Below, in pieces: positions 47,065 to 56,256 of a stretch of DNA of 64,000 nucleotides. The notes beneath the pieces were generated by a model that had not been told where the DNA came from, did no database searches, and saw only the letters and a program-made list of their open reading frames with translations. Source of the DNA: a virus. Every line of letters begins with the position of its first letter. Within the stretch, counting starts at the first letter, position 1. A program made the position numbers and the translations under genes. The DNA lies in IMG/VR virus record IMGVR_UViG_3300025141_000030. The stretch is one strand, 5' to 3'.

Positions 47065-47424
47065 ATGACAGATCAGGCTGCTTTAAAGGCACGGATTGAT
47101 CGCTTAAGTCAATTTAATTTAGGCGTATCACTTACAATTTTATTACTCTTAAACGTTATAGATGCATTTTTTACAATTATTTTTGTAGACGCTCTCGGCC
47201 TTCAGGAGGCTAATCCAATCGTGGCCCCACTTTTTTTATGGGGTCCGATGACATTCTTAGTGTGGAAGTTAGCAACGGTGGCTTTTTGTTGCGTAATTAT
47301 TTATGCTTCTTGGATAAAAAATCGCAAAGAGTGGGTACAGAAATTTGTTAATATTTTACTGATTATATATGGCATTTTAGTGTTAACACACGCTGGGGTA
47401 TTCATTAAAATTTTATTATCGTGA
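47065..47424 (+). CDS. DUF5658-like membrane protein
   Basis: LNVIDAFFT...G.QEANP...K pattern with TM helices. Confidence 0.6.
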   Translation: MTDQAALKARIDRLSQFNLGVSLTILLLLNVIDAFFTIIFVDALGLQEANPIVAPLFLWGPMTFLVWKLATVAFCCVIIYASWIKNRKEWVQKFVNILLIIYGILVLTHAGVFIKILLS

Positions 47425-47561
47425 TATATTTGAATGATGTTTGCCAGTTTCTTTTAATTGTATTGTTGGGGCATTTTGCACCATCACCGAAAGGCTAGCG
47501 TTAATTTTTCGGGAGTCTATCCAATTTTCGATCGAATATTTTTTACACACGAGGATTATGC

Positions 47562-47723
47562 ATGAAAAGAATTCTTAGAATAGTTTATCTTGCTTCTGCT
47601 ATTATGGGAGTGCTTGGCGGTATTCTTGCAATTTTAACGGACGACACATCAGAGTTTTTTGCCTGGTTTACGGCGGTGGCCATGGCCGGTGCAGGTTTTA
47701 TTCGTGAGACAGATGAAGAATAA
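47562..47723 (+). CDS. Small two-TM membrane protein (53 aa, not in the ORF track)
   Basis: GAGGA RBS; MKRILRIVYLASAIMGVLGGILAIL...FFAWFTAVAMAGAGFIR. Confidence 0.55.
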   Translation: MKRILRIVYLASAIMGVLGGILAILTDDTSEFFAWFTAVAMAGAGFIRETDEE

Positions 47724-47795
47724 AATGGTGTACATACCGTGCTCTAATGATTATTATTAGCTTATAATTGATGTCGTGTTAGGAGACGGTCAAAA

Positions 47796-47975
47796 ATGGA
47801 TAATGAATCAATAAAAATGTTAGCTGAGCTTAGGAAGCACGTTGTGCAACGTTATGAAAAGCTTGACAAAGAGAATCCTGCAGCAGTTATGAAGGAAAAT
47901 GATTGTGCGCTTGAGCTTGAGACTGTTATTAAGAGTCTCGATGATTTGATGCGACCTTACGTTAAGTTCGTGTAA
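47796..47975 (+). CDS. Small hypothetical protein (59 aa, not in the ORF track)
   Basis: AGGAG RBS; TGTACA-N17-TATTAT upstream (47729-57). Confidence 0.6.
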   Translation: MDNESIKMLAELRKHVVQRYEKLDKENPAAVMKENDCALELETVIKSLDDLMRPYVKFV

Positions 47976-48007
47976 TGTAGCTGCCCACATGTTATTATCA
48001 ATATAAC

Positions 48008-48205
48008 ATGCTGGCCTTTAGAGTTTTACTATGTTTTTTGTTCCCACCCTTTGCCATAGCTGACAAGGGGTGCGGGACATCTTTAATTGTTATTTTTATG
48101 ACATTTGCCTGCTGGCCTATTGCGGTGATTATTGCATTTACCGTTTGCATGTCTGAAGAGATTAAAGGCTTTCTTGATGAAAGTCGCGCGTGTAACGTGA
48201 AATGA
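48008..48205 (+). CDS. YqaE/Pmp3 family membrane protein
   Basis: RVLLCFLFPPFAI..KGCG...T...W...I.A pattern; TGTAAT-N16-TATTAT upstream (47971-98). Confidence 0.7.
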   Translation: MLAFRVLLCFLFPPFAIADKGCGTSLIVIFMTFACWPIAVIIAFTVCMSEEIKGFLDESRACNVK

Positions 48206-48218
48206 CAAATGGTATATT
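48191..48218 (+). promoter_or_regulatory. Class A promoter candidate TGTAAC-N16-TATATT upstream of the sigma factor
   Basis: Followed by an AAGGAG RBS. Confidence 0.6.
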
Positions 48219-48237
48219 ATATCAGTAAGGAGAAAAA

Positions 48238-49020
48238 ATGGCATCTACACTACAGCCTTATTTTAAGGAACTGTCTAAAAACAAGCTTTTAACCAAGGAG
48301 CAGGAGATTGAACTGTCGAAAAAGATCGAGATAGGAGATTCTTTTTCGAGGAATAAGATGATTGAGTCGAATCTTCGACTAGTCATTTCAATTGCTAAAA
48401 AGTACCAAAACCGCGGTGCGTCCCTCGAGGACTTAATTCAGGAGGGTAATATCGGCCTGATGAAAGCAGTCGACAAGTTTGACTGGCGTCGAGGGTGCAG
48501 GTTTAGCACTTACGGCTGTTGGTGGATCCGACAGTCTATTACTCGACACCTGGAGGATGTTGGCAGGACCATTCGTGTGCCAGGGCACGTTACAGGACTA
48601 TACATCAAGATTAAGCGCCTGACCGAGGAGTATGAGGACGAGTTTGGACACAAGCCTACGAATCCCGAAATTGCCGAAATTTTAGGTGTGACCGAGAGTC
48701 AGGTTGACAATGTGATGAAGACTAATGTCTGCACTGTGTCGATCGATGCTGTCTTTCCAAATAGCGAGGACGCTTCCAATGATATGCACAGGCGACTTCA
48801 CGATGACAGCGCCCCTATGCCGGACGAGATCCTTGAGCAGGAGCAGTTGCTAGATCAGGTCAGGGGTGTGCTACACACTTTGGACAGCAAGGAAGAGAAG
48901 ATTATCAGGCTTCGTTTTGGCATTGCCGAAGAATTAACTTCCGATTCCCCAGAATTTGCGATTACTAAAGATGAAATGCGCCGTATCTTAAATAGTGCCG
49001 CGGCACCCGTGGAGAAATAA
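48238..49020 (+). CDS. RNA polymerase sigma70-family factor (regions 1.2-4, no region 1.1)
   Basis: [47 protein letters not shown] and IIRLRFG. The region 4.2 HTH looks degenerate. Confidence 0.93.
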   Translation: MASTLQPYFKELSKNKLLTKEQEIELSKKIEIGDSFSRNKMIESNLRLVISIAKKYQNRGASLEDLIQEGNIGLMKAVDKFDWRRGCRFSTYGCWWIRQSITRHLEDVGRTIRVPGHVTGLYIKIKRLTEEYEDEFGHKPTNPEIAEILGVTESQVDNVMKTNVCTVSIDAVFPNSEDASNDMHRRLHDDSAPMPDEILEQEQLLDQVRGVLHTLDSKEEKIIRLRFGIAEELTSDSPEFAITKDEMRRILNSAAAPVEK

Positions 49021-49022
49021 AA

Positions 49023-49514
49023 ATGAGTGATACAATAATTTCTGAGCTAACGCCACCCAAGAGCTTTGCCTACTATAATGGACGAATTATTAGGGGAAGA
49101 TATCCCGATACCGCAGCTGTTAAGTTTATTACTAAGCTGGGTGTGAGGAAATTCGTTAGCTTAGGTGTCGGTTTTCCTGGTATTCCTGAGCGTAACCTTG
49201 GTAAGGTCAATAAAATTGAGCTGACCCACTATCCTATGTCAATTGGTGATTATGCTGAAACTGGCCCTCACGTTGAGAAGCAGCTTACTGATGTCATTAA
49301 TTACATTCTGGTAAAGAACTCTGGTTCGAAGATTTATATCTACGACGATGATGGCTTTACCATGGTCGGTGTTGTCTGCGCAATTCTTAGAAGGATTGAG
49401 GGCTGGGATACAATGTCGGCCATCGCTGAGTGTGCCAGATTTTTTCCAGGGGGCAATTTCGATATTGATACTGCCCGAATGATTACAAATTTTGATATCG
49501 CCGAGTGGCGTTAA
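49023..49514 (+). CDS. Siw14/Oca-like tyrosine-phosphatase-fold protein lacking the catalytic Cys/Arg
   Basis: RGRYP, FITKLGVRKFVSL and IYIYDDDGFTMVGVVCAILRRIEGW....AIAE parallel the HCxxGxxRTG...LR..Q.W region. Confidence 0.55.
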   Translation: MSDTIISELTPPKSFAYYNGRIIRGRYPDTAAVKFITKLGVRKFVSLGVGFPGIPERNLGKVNKIELTHYPMSIGDYAETGPHVEKQLTDVINYILVKNSGSKIYIYDDDGFTMVGVVCAILRRIEGWDTMSAIAECARFFPGGNFDIDTARMITNFDIAEWR

Positions 49515-49535
49515 ATTAAGGAAGTTAATATTTAT

Positions 49536-49817
49536 ATGAGTATGCCAAAAGGATATGTTGTTGAAGGTGGATATGCCACCGTGTCTAAGGAGTACCAGGG
49601 CCATGATTATCGAACCATTTCAGAGATCATGTCAGCTGACGGATATAAAATGAACCATGCCACAGCCAGGAATAAGTTCCTGCAGGTGATGGCGAAGTTT
49701 GCCAAGAAGATCTGCGATGAGAATGGCATTGACGGCGACCCCAGCGCAATTGCTAGAAACCCCCAGTTTCAGGCGGGAATCTGCGAGATTATGCAGGGTC
49801 TGGATGTCAATAGGTAG
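49536..49817 (+). CDS. Hypothetical protein, possible HTH
   Basis: DYRTISEIM..GYKMNHATARN is HTH-like; ATATTTA lies immediately before the ATG. Confidence 0.6.
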   Translation: MSMPKGYVVEGGYATVSKEYQGHDYRTISEIMSADGYKMNHATARNKFLQVMAKFAKKICDENGIDGDPSAIARNPQFQAGICEIMQGLDVNR

Positions 49818-49822
49818 GAAAA

Positions 49823-50182
49823 TTGGAAATAGACTCCATTGCGCTTGAAGAAGTTTTTAATGAAATTGATTCGATAGGCATCAATGCGCACTTTTATGCT
49901 GCGCTGGAGGATCCTGATGAGGCTGCCAAGATTATCCTGGACGCTTTAACACAGATAGTTAATATTCATATTTATGCATCATATGATCCAAGTTTTGAAG
50001 TTGGCGATAGCGAAAATTTTTATGAGATTATTCACTTAAACATGACCAACGAGTTAGGTGATAATACTTTGGAGGCGCTACACAGCTGGATTGATGATGT
50101 CGTAATGAACTTGGCTGTGGGCGCGCTATGTTTGGATAGGTTTGTCGAGGGTCGCAATGAAGACAGGATGTTAGATGAGTAA
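49823..50182 (+). CDS. Hypothetical acidic protein
   Basis: AGGA RBS before a TTG start. Confidence 0.55.
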   Translation: MEIDSIALEEVFNEIDSIGINAHFYAALEDPDEAAKIILDALTQIVNIHIYASYDPSFEVGDSENFYEIIHLNMTNELGDNTLEALHSWIDDVVMNLAVGALCLDRFVEGRNEDRMLDE

Positions 50183-50375
50183 GCACAGGCATCATTATCA
50201 TCATCATGATAAATTTGATGTGGATATTATTCGTCGACCTAGTCGTGAGAACAAGAGGTCGATGATTAGCGGCGATAAATTCCCCAACCCCCAGGCGGTG
50301 GCCACTATGAATGACATACCCCTCGAGGCGCTGTTTAATTTTGACGACCTAAGAGTCGAGGAGGAAGAATGTTAA
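50175..50375 (+). CDS. Small hypothetical protein with His-rich N-terminus
   Basis: MSKHRHHYHHHD. Confidence 0.45.
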   Translation: MSKHRHHYHHHDKFDVDIIRRPSRENKRSMISGDKFPNPQAVATMNDIPLEALFNFDDLRVEEEEC

Positions 50376-50812
50376 GTTGGAATTATTTTTGTCGAAGAAA
50401 GCGATTGAACGTAGATGCGTGGCTTGATGCGAACGGGCTGACCACCTACGCCGCGCTTCGTAAGCATCTCCTCGGCCTTGGTGTGGAACCTCCGTCGTTT
50501 GAAGATTCACCTGTCCAGAACGAAGCGCCCCCACCAGTTGTTAAAAAGTACGACCCGCGCCTAGACCCTGGTCTTCTGCGTCCTGATCCCCTCCCGTCTC
50601 GAAAGCCTCCTGAGGTGCCCGTGAGCCCTCCGACCCCAGATCCCCTCCCAGCTGCTAAACTTAAGGCGACTTCGCCTAAGCCTAAAAAGCCTAAGTCTGC
50701 GGTTAAGAAAACTGCAACTAGCGTTTCAAAAACTAAAAAAACAAGCGCTAAGCGATCAACGGCCGCCAAGAAGGCGACGGGCACCAGTGCGACTACTAAG
50801 AAGACATCTTGA
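50369..50812 (+). CDS. Protein with a Pro-rich linker and histone-H1-like Lys/Ala/Thr tail
   Basis: GAGGAGG RBS; KPKKPKSAVKKTATSVSKTKKTSAK. Confidence 0.6.
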   Translation: MLSWNYFCRRKRLNVDAWLDANGLTTYAALRKHLLGLGVEPPSFEDSPVQNEAPPPVVKKYDPRLDPGLLRPDPLPSRKPPEVPVSPPTPDPLPAAKLKATSPKPKKPKSAVKKTATSVSKTKKTSAKRSTAAKKATGTSATTKKTS

Positions 50813-50993
50813 TGAAGTAGGCATGACCTATGTCACGCACCTGCTGGGAGCGCTTAGGTTTTCTGTTTTGTCTGCCACCGCTGCATGTCTGTTGCTGATT
50901 CACGCATTTTTCCCATTTCTTTTCGTTTCAACCGGCTCGACAATAATTAAAAATATTAAAAACGAGATGGTTCACAATGACAGCAACACATGA
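50787..50993 (+). CDS. DUF6356-like small membrane protein
   Basis: HLDEVGMTY..H...A.......A...IHAFFPFLF...S pattern. Confidence 0.6.
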   Translation: MRLLRRHLDEVGMTYVTHLLGALRFSVLSATAACLLLIHAFFPFLFVSTGSTIIKNIKNEMVHNDSNT

Positions 50994-51819
50994 CACCTGC
51001 TCCATGGGTACACCTGTAGTCTTATTCGATGTTGATGGTACTCTGACCGAGCATCGTCGTGAGCTCAAGCCTCACGTCCTTAAGGCGCTCTTGGAGCTTT
51101 CCGAACTAGCCACCATTGGTTTGGTGACCGGCAGTCCCTTGTCACTTATTGAGGAGCAGATGACATCATTTTTTAGCGCGCAACATGCATCAGTCGCAGA
51201 AAATGTTGATATTTTTCCTTGCAATGGTACGCAGCATTTTTACTGGGAAGCCAGTGACTCTAAGTTTATTTGTTCGTCGAAGTGCTCTATGCGTTCTAAG
51301 CTTGGAGAATCACACTTCAGAAAGTTAATTTTAGTCACGCAAGAGCTTCAGCAGCACTTTATTGAGGATTTTGCACTTCCACTCGACATTCCAGTATGTG
51401 GAAATTTTGTGGATTATCGTGGGTCGTTGCTTAACTGGTGCCCTATCGGCAGAGCTGCAAACTTCGATGATCGAAAGAAGTTCATTGAGCATGATATGTC
51501 CTTAGCTATTAGGCAGCAGCTGATGAAAAAGTTTTTAGATTTAACGGCCGTCGTCCCCGGAATTGCAGTCAATTATGGGGGCCAGACTAGCTTTGACATC
51601 TTTCCAGTTGGGTGGGATAAAACTTTCTGCCTGGGAAGTTATGGGGACTCTGCTGTCTGGTTTGTAGGAGATCGATGTGAGCCAGGAGGTAATGACTATG
51701 AGATCTTCGAGGTGGTGAATAAGCACGGTCGCGCCTTTCAGACAAGCTCGCCTGCTGAGACTGTCAAGATAATAAAGAATATTTTGGTGCCACAAATCAC
51801 AGATTTTCTTTTGAAGTGA
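50977..51819 (+). CDS. Phosphomannomutase, eukaryote-type HAD-IIB (PMM)
   Basis: LFDVDGTLT, NG, FVDYRGSLLNWCPIGR, GGQTSFDIFPVGWDKTFCL and FVGDRCEPGGNDYEI. Confidence 0.88.
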   Translation: MTATHDTCSMGTPVVLFDVDGTLTEHRRELKPHVLKALLELSELATIGLVTGSPLSLIEEQMTSFFSAQHASVAENVDIFPCNGTQHFYWEASDSKFICSSKCSMRSKLGESHFRKLILVTQELQQHFIEDFALPLDIPVCGNFVDYRGSLLNWCPIGRAANFDDRKKFIEHDMSLAIRQQLMKKFLDLTAVVPGIAVNYGGQTSFDIFPVGWDKTFCLGSYGDSAVWFVGDRCEPGGNDYEIFEVVNKHGRAFQTSSPAETVKIIKNILVPQITDFLLK

Positions 51820-51860
51820 TGCGATTAATTCATCCGATTACTGATATTTAATCTATACGG

Positions 51861-52238
51861 GTGGGCCCTACAATGAGACGAAATTTATTTGAGGAGAGAC
51901 AGACAAAAGAGACTGAGCTTAAACTGATAGAGTTTGGCGTCACTTTGGAACTCTCCAAAAAGATTAATATTTCTAACGTCTTGACGGCGATTAGAATTGC
52001 CCAGGGTGTTGCAACTGCGACGCAGCTCGACCCGGCTGTGAAGTCACCAGGTGGTCGCCGCGTTTTGCTCTTGAACATTCGCTATGTGCCGGATGTGGGT
52101 GTGCCTGTCGATCAGGTGCATGAGCTGGCCGATACTCTCAAACTTAAGGGAATCTATTCTATACGAATTGACACTCGTGAAAATGCCCCCGTATTTAAAA
52201 AAGGTGGCAAGAAATTCGTTATATCAGGACCCGGCTAA
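51861..52238 (+). CDS. Hypothetical protein
   Basis: ATATTTA at 51844-50 upstream. Confidence 0.55.
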   Translation: MGPTMRRNLFEERQTKETELKLIEFGVTLELSKKINISNVLTAIRIAQGVATATQLDPAVKSPGGRRVLLLNIRYVPDVGVPVDQVHELADTLKLKGIYSIRIDTRENAPVFKKGGKKFVISGPG

Positions 52239-53309
52239 ATGGAAATTACCCTCGACAGCCTACAGGTTCATGGCGAACTCGATCCCGAGCTGTGGGATAA
52301 TTTTAAACTTAAGCCAGGAATAAGAAAGGCACTGCTTCGAATAGCGGCCGAGTTTCTTATTTCACTTGGGACTGAGGTGGAGCTGAGTGACGTGACCGTC
52401 ACGGGCAGTCTCGCTAATTTTAACTACACACCTGCCAGCGATATCGACCTTCATATTATCTTTGACTACACGGCTATCGCTGAGGACGTCGACGTTGTCA
52501 AGGAGATGTTGGCTGCCAAGCGAACGCTGTGGAACCTTAAGCATGGCATAACTGTTAAGGAGCATGAGGTTGAAGTGTATCCCCAGGATTCTACCGAGCC
52601 TCATCACTCTACGGGTGTCTATAGCCTGATAAGGGATGACTGGGTCACCCGACCTCGTCCTAGCTCCCCGGCTGTTGACACGACAGCAGTATCCCAGAAA
52701 GCTCGAGCAGCAGCACGTTTTATTGACGACATTCTCATGATGGATGATCGAATGATGTTTATCCCTATGATTAGAGAAAAGCTCACGACAATGAGAAAGT
52801 CAGGTTTGGATTCTGCTGGTGAATACTCGGTGGAAAATTTAGTGTTTAAAATCTTAAGGCGTCATGGCTACTTGGATAAGCTGGCCGAAGCAGAGCTTCA
52901 CGATCGCGATGTTTCATTGTCTTTGGCACAGGAAGGAAATATAATGAAAGTATCAAAGTCTATCTTTGCAGAAATTTTAAGGGAGGAATTTGGAGAGCTG
53001 GAAAATCCGCGCCACCGCGGAGGCTCCCATGAGAGATCCCAGGCCGGCGACTTTGAGCCCCCTGATGACCTCCTCTTAGGCGGCGATGACGCTGATGAAT
53101 GTGATGAGGGGTGTGGGTGTGGGCAACACGTTCCAGCGCACGACAACCACATGGTCTTGACCGCCTCAGAGGAGATTAACTCCCTGGCCTCAAAAATAGC
53201 TGATGCCTCTGCATCACGATCTGACTTGCCAGATTGGGTGGATTTTAAGCTTTCTAGTTCCCTGACTCACCTTCGCGATATTTACCTCTATTTGAAAGGA
53301 AGCGACTGA
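52239..53309 (+). CDS. Pol-beta-superfamily nucleotidyltransferase fused to an acidic C-terminal module
   Basis: TGSLANFNYTPASDIDLH (GS..DxD), EVEVY and GEYSVENLVFKILRR. Confidence 0.75.
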   Translation: MEITLDSLQVHGELDPELWDNFKLKPGIRKALLRIAAEFLISLGTEVELSDVTVTGSLANFNYTPASDIDLHIIFDYTAIAEDVDVVKEMLAAKRTLWNLKHGITVKEHEVEVYPQDSTEPHHSTGVYSLIRDDWVTRPRPSSPAVDTTAVSQKARAAARFIDDILMMDDRMMFIPMIREKLTTMRKSGLDSAGEYSVENLVFKILRRHGYLDKLAEAELHDRDVSLSLAQEGNIMKVSKSIFAEILREEFGELENPRHRGGSHERSQAGDFEPPDDLLLGGDDADECDEGCGCGQHVPAHDNHMVLTASEEINSLASKIADASASRSDLPDWVDFKLSSSLTHLRDIYLYLKGSD

Positions 53310-53560
53310 TGCATGAAAAGAAGCACACCAAAAAAGTGGTAATCGAAGGAAAAAAGGAAGGCAAGAAAATTACGACTGCCAGGAGAGTGATTAATCCACG
53401 CCGTCGTATTGAAGATGTTCCGATGCCTGGTACGGATGAGGAGTGGGACCAGTATTTCACTGATCACCAATATGGGTATGGGGCCGATTTAAAGAAGCAT
53501 GCCCTAGATTATGCGACCGATGTCAGGCCCCTGGGTCCGTGGTTTGAAAGGCTTCCGTAG
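53309..53560 (+). CDS. Hypothetical protein
   Basis: TGATG coupling; ATATTTA at 53278. Confidence 0.5.
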   Translation: MHEKKHTKKVVIEGKKEGKKITTARRVINPRRRIEDVPMPGTDEEWDQYFTDHQYGYGADLKKHALDYATDVRPLGPWFERLP

Positions 53561-53611
53561 TTTGTAATTTACGATATTAATTGACCTGCACAATCCTATT
53601 TAATATAGGCA

Positions 53612-54058
53612 ATGATTATGAGAATAAGGCGATCGACATTTAAGAAGATACTCCAGGAAGAGCTGGGATCCGCCGTGGTTAAGGGGACGGACGGCGGCCT
53701 CGGTGAGCAGGTCACGTTTGCAGAGTACACATCCCAGAATTTTGATATATGCCCGGGTGCCGTTAAGGCTTTTGTTAGGCTTAAGGACTTGGTTTCCGAA
53801 CAGGACGAAGTTGCGGTTGCGGAGGATGCCATGGAATCTGTCGATGATCTTTTAGGGATTGAAAAGGATGCGCTTGCTAAGGGGTTCGCCACAGAGGATG
53901 AGTTTGATCAGATTCTCAATTTAGCCGGCCATGCCCGCGTAAAGATTGGGCAACTCGGCGCCTTGATGGGAAAAAGTGTCGCCCAGGACTTTTCCTTTAT
54001 TAACCAGCATATTATGACTGTTGCAAAAATGTTAGAGGGTAGACAAGATGAAGATTAA
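53612..54058 (+). CDS. Hypothetical protein
   Basis: MRIRRSTFKKILQEE leader; NFDICPGA motif. Confidence 0.6.
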   Translation: MIMRIRRSTFKKILQEELGSAVVKGTDGGLGEQVTFAEYTSQNFDICPGAVKAFVRLKDLVSEQDEVAVAEDAMESVDDLLGIEKDALAKGFATEDEFDQILNLAGHARVKIGQLGALMGKSVAQDFSFINQHIMTVAKMLEGRQDED

Positions 54059-54572
54059 CAGAGACAACTTGCGAAATTTAATTGCAAACACAATATCTGA
54101 AGAAGTTGGCACCCCCTCTTTTCCGTTAGATCCGAACAAGGACGGGAACTTAACCCCAATGGAACTTTTTCATCACTTCGATCTCGACGGTGATGGCCAG
54201 GTTTCTGTGCAGGATTACGAAGAGCACGTGCGATGGCACTGTAAAAACGATGATGGCTTTCAGCAGGAAATGACAATCGAGCAGACGGTGCCGCTCCACC
54301 TGGCCGACTCCTCTATTCATGGCACTGGTGTCTTCGCTACCGATGACATACCAGCAGGAACTAACTTGGGTATTTCTCACATAGCTGCAGGTGATGGGTT
54401 TATTCCTACTAACCTTGGTGCCTTTCACAATCACAGCGCTGAGCCTAATGCCGGGAATGCCCTACGCCGCGGCGTTCGAAGGATTTTTGCGTTGACTGAC
54501 ATACCAGCTGGGACTGAAATAACCGTGGATTATGTCCAGCAACCCGACCTCGAGCAGCCGGATAATTTTTAA
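54048..54572 (+). CDS. EF-hand pair plus SET-domain lysine methyltransferase
   Basis: DPNKDGNLTPME and DLDGDGQVSVQD loops; SET motifs IHGTGVFA, NHS.EPN and GTEITVDY. Confidence 0.8.
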   Translation: MKINRDNLRNLIANTISEEVGTPSFPLDPNKDGNLTPMELFHHFDLDGDGQVSVQDYEEHVRWHCKNDDGFQQEMTIEQTVPLHLADSSIHGTGVFATDDIPAGTNLGISHIAAGDGFIPTNLGAFHNHSAEPNAGNALRRGVRRIFALTDIPAGTEITVDYVQQPDLEQPDNF

Positions 54573-54580
54573 AATATAGC

Positions 54581-54608
54581 TGTAAAGTCGTACGCCAGAT
54601 GTTATATT
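54581..54608 (+). promoter_or_regulatory. Class A promoter candidate TGTAAA-N16-TATATT
   Basis: Heads the helicase-to-pckA run of tightly coupled genes. Confidence 0.65.
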
Positions 54609-54618
54609 AGACAGGCTG

Positions 54619-56256
54619 GTGAAAATGACTGTAAATTACGATAAATTTTTTCCCTATGAGTCAATTAGGGAATCCCAGCGTACTGCCATTGAGCGTACGC
54701 TTTCTGCTTTTAATGCGGGTAAGCGTTTTGTAATTGTTGAGGGGGGCACCGGCGTCGGAAAGTCGGCAATCGGTGTGACTGTAGCGCGTTATTTTGATAG
54801 TTTTACAACACTCCCAGCGGAGGGGTACAAGCGTGGCGCTTATTTTGTGACGACCCAAAAGCTCCTTCAGGACCAGTACACCTCTGATTTCGGTATACCA
54901 TCCGGAGTGATGACGTCTATTAAGTCATCCACTAACTATCAGTGCAAGTTTCACAAGACGAACAGTTGTTCAGAATCGCAGTCAGCATTAAGGACGGAGC
55001 CTCGAGACAGTAAATTCTTCAAGACGTGCACTAAGTCATGCCGCTATAAGCTTGCCAAGAAGGATTTTTTGAATTCTGCCGAGTCGGTTACAAATTTTCC
55101 TTACATGCTGACTGAAGCGAACTATTCGGGAAAAATTGTGCCTCGAGAATTGCTAGTTGTCGATGAGGCACACAATGCCGAGTCGGAGCTAAGCAAGTTT
55201 GTGGAAGTCACCGTCTCTGAGAGGTTTTGCCGACAGATGCTTGACATTCCCTGGCCTCGAAAGACCACGCAGTTCCAGGCATTTAAGTGGATCAGGGACG
55301 TCTATTTTCCAAAGATCAAGCGACAGCGGGACCATGTCGAGAAGATGATTGACCGATTCTCAGACTTGGAAAAGACGATGAAGGAGTTCGGAAAGATCGC
55401 CCGCGAGTTCGACCTCCTTAGGGGCCACTGCGGGAGGCTTGAGACTTTTCTTAGTGTCTATGATGCCGACAACTGGGTCTTTGAAAATGTTGCCGCCTTT
55501 GGTAGGTCGAAGAGAAAGATGACATTTAGGGCGATTGATATTGCCCCCTTTGCCGATGCCTATCTCCTTAGGCTGGGAGAGCGTGTGCTGCTGATGAGCG
55601 CTACGATCCTTGACAAGGAGGCGTTCTGTCGATCCCTTGGGATCCGTCAGCCGGATGCCGAATTTATCAGCATTCCGTCTCCGTTTCCCATCGACCACCG
55701 CCCGGTCTTTTCGTTAGGTGTTGGGAGTATGAACAAGAGCAATATCGAGTCCTCCTTGCCTAAATTGACAGCCACGATCCAGGAGATTTTAAACCAACAT
55801 AAGGGCGAGAAGGGGATTATTCACACCCACACATTTCGTATCGCCAAGGCAATTAAATTCGGAATTAAAGGCTCAGCCAGCAAGCGACTTCTAATCCACA
55901 CATCAGATGATCGCGAGGAGGTCCTGAGGCATCACCTGAGCTCCCCTGAGCCTACCGTCCTATTATCACCATCTATGACTGAAGGGGTTGACCTCAAGGG
56001 CGACCTGAGTCGCTTCCAGGTGGTCTGCAAGGTGCCTTACCCCTACTACGGGGATCCCCTGGTGAGAAAGCGAATGAACAAGTGGTCATGGTGGTACCCA
56101 CTGCAAACAGCCAAGACGCTGATCCAGGCATCGGGTCGAAGTATTCGTGACGCTAATGACTACGCCGTTACCTACATTCTCGACGCAGACTGGATATCAT
56201 TCTTTGGTCGATCCGGTCGTTTCTTTCCTGCGGACTTTAAGGAAAGGCTTCAGTGA
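54619..56256 (+). CDS. DinG/XPD-family SF2 helicase
   Basis: Q motif, GTGVGKS, Cys cluster, DEAH, MSAT, SPF, EGVD, KVPYP and QASGRSIR. Confidence 0.9.
   Translation: MKMTVNYDKFFPYESIRESQRTAIERTLSAFNAGKRFVIVEGGTGVGKSAIGVTVARYFDSFTTLPAEGYKRGAYFVTTQKLLQDQYTSDFGIPSGVMTSIKSSTNYQCKFHKTNSCSESQSALRTEPRDSKFFKTCTKSCRYKLAKKDFLNSAESVTNFPYMLTEANYSGKIVPRELLVVDEAHNAESELSKFVEVTVSERFCRQMLDIPWPRKTTQFQAFKWIRDVYFPKIKRQRDHVEKMIDRFSDLEKTMKEFGKIAREFDLLRGHCGRLETFLSVYDADNWVFENVAAFGRSKRKMTFRAIDIAPFADAYLLRLGERVLLMSATILDKEAFCRSLGIRQPDAEFISIPSPFPIDHRPVFSLGVGSMNKSNIESSLPKLTATIQEILNQHKGEKGIIHTHTFRIAKAIKFGIKGSASKRLLIHTSDDREEVLRHHLSSPEPTVLLSPSMTEGVDLKGDLSRFQVVCKVPYPYYGDPLVRKRMNKWSWWYPLQTAKTLIQASGRSIRDANDYAVTYILDADWISFFGRSGRFFPADFKERLQ

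Noticed and set aside
47425-47560. tRNA or structured RNA in this intergenic gap
   Set aside because: No cloverleaf, T-loop GTTC motif or convincing stem found by eye; a tRNA/covariance scan would be needed to exclude it.
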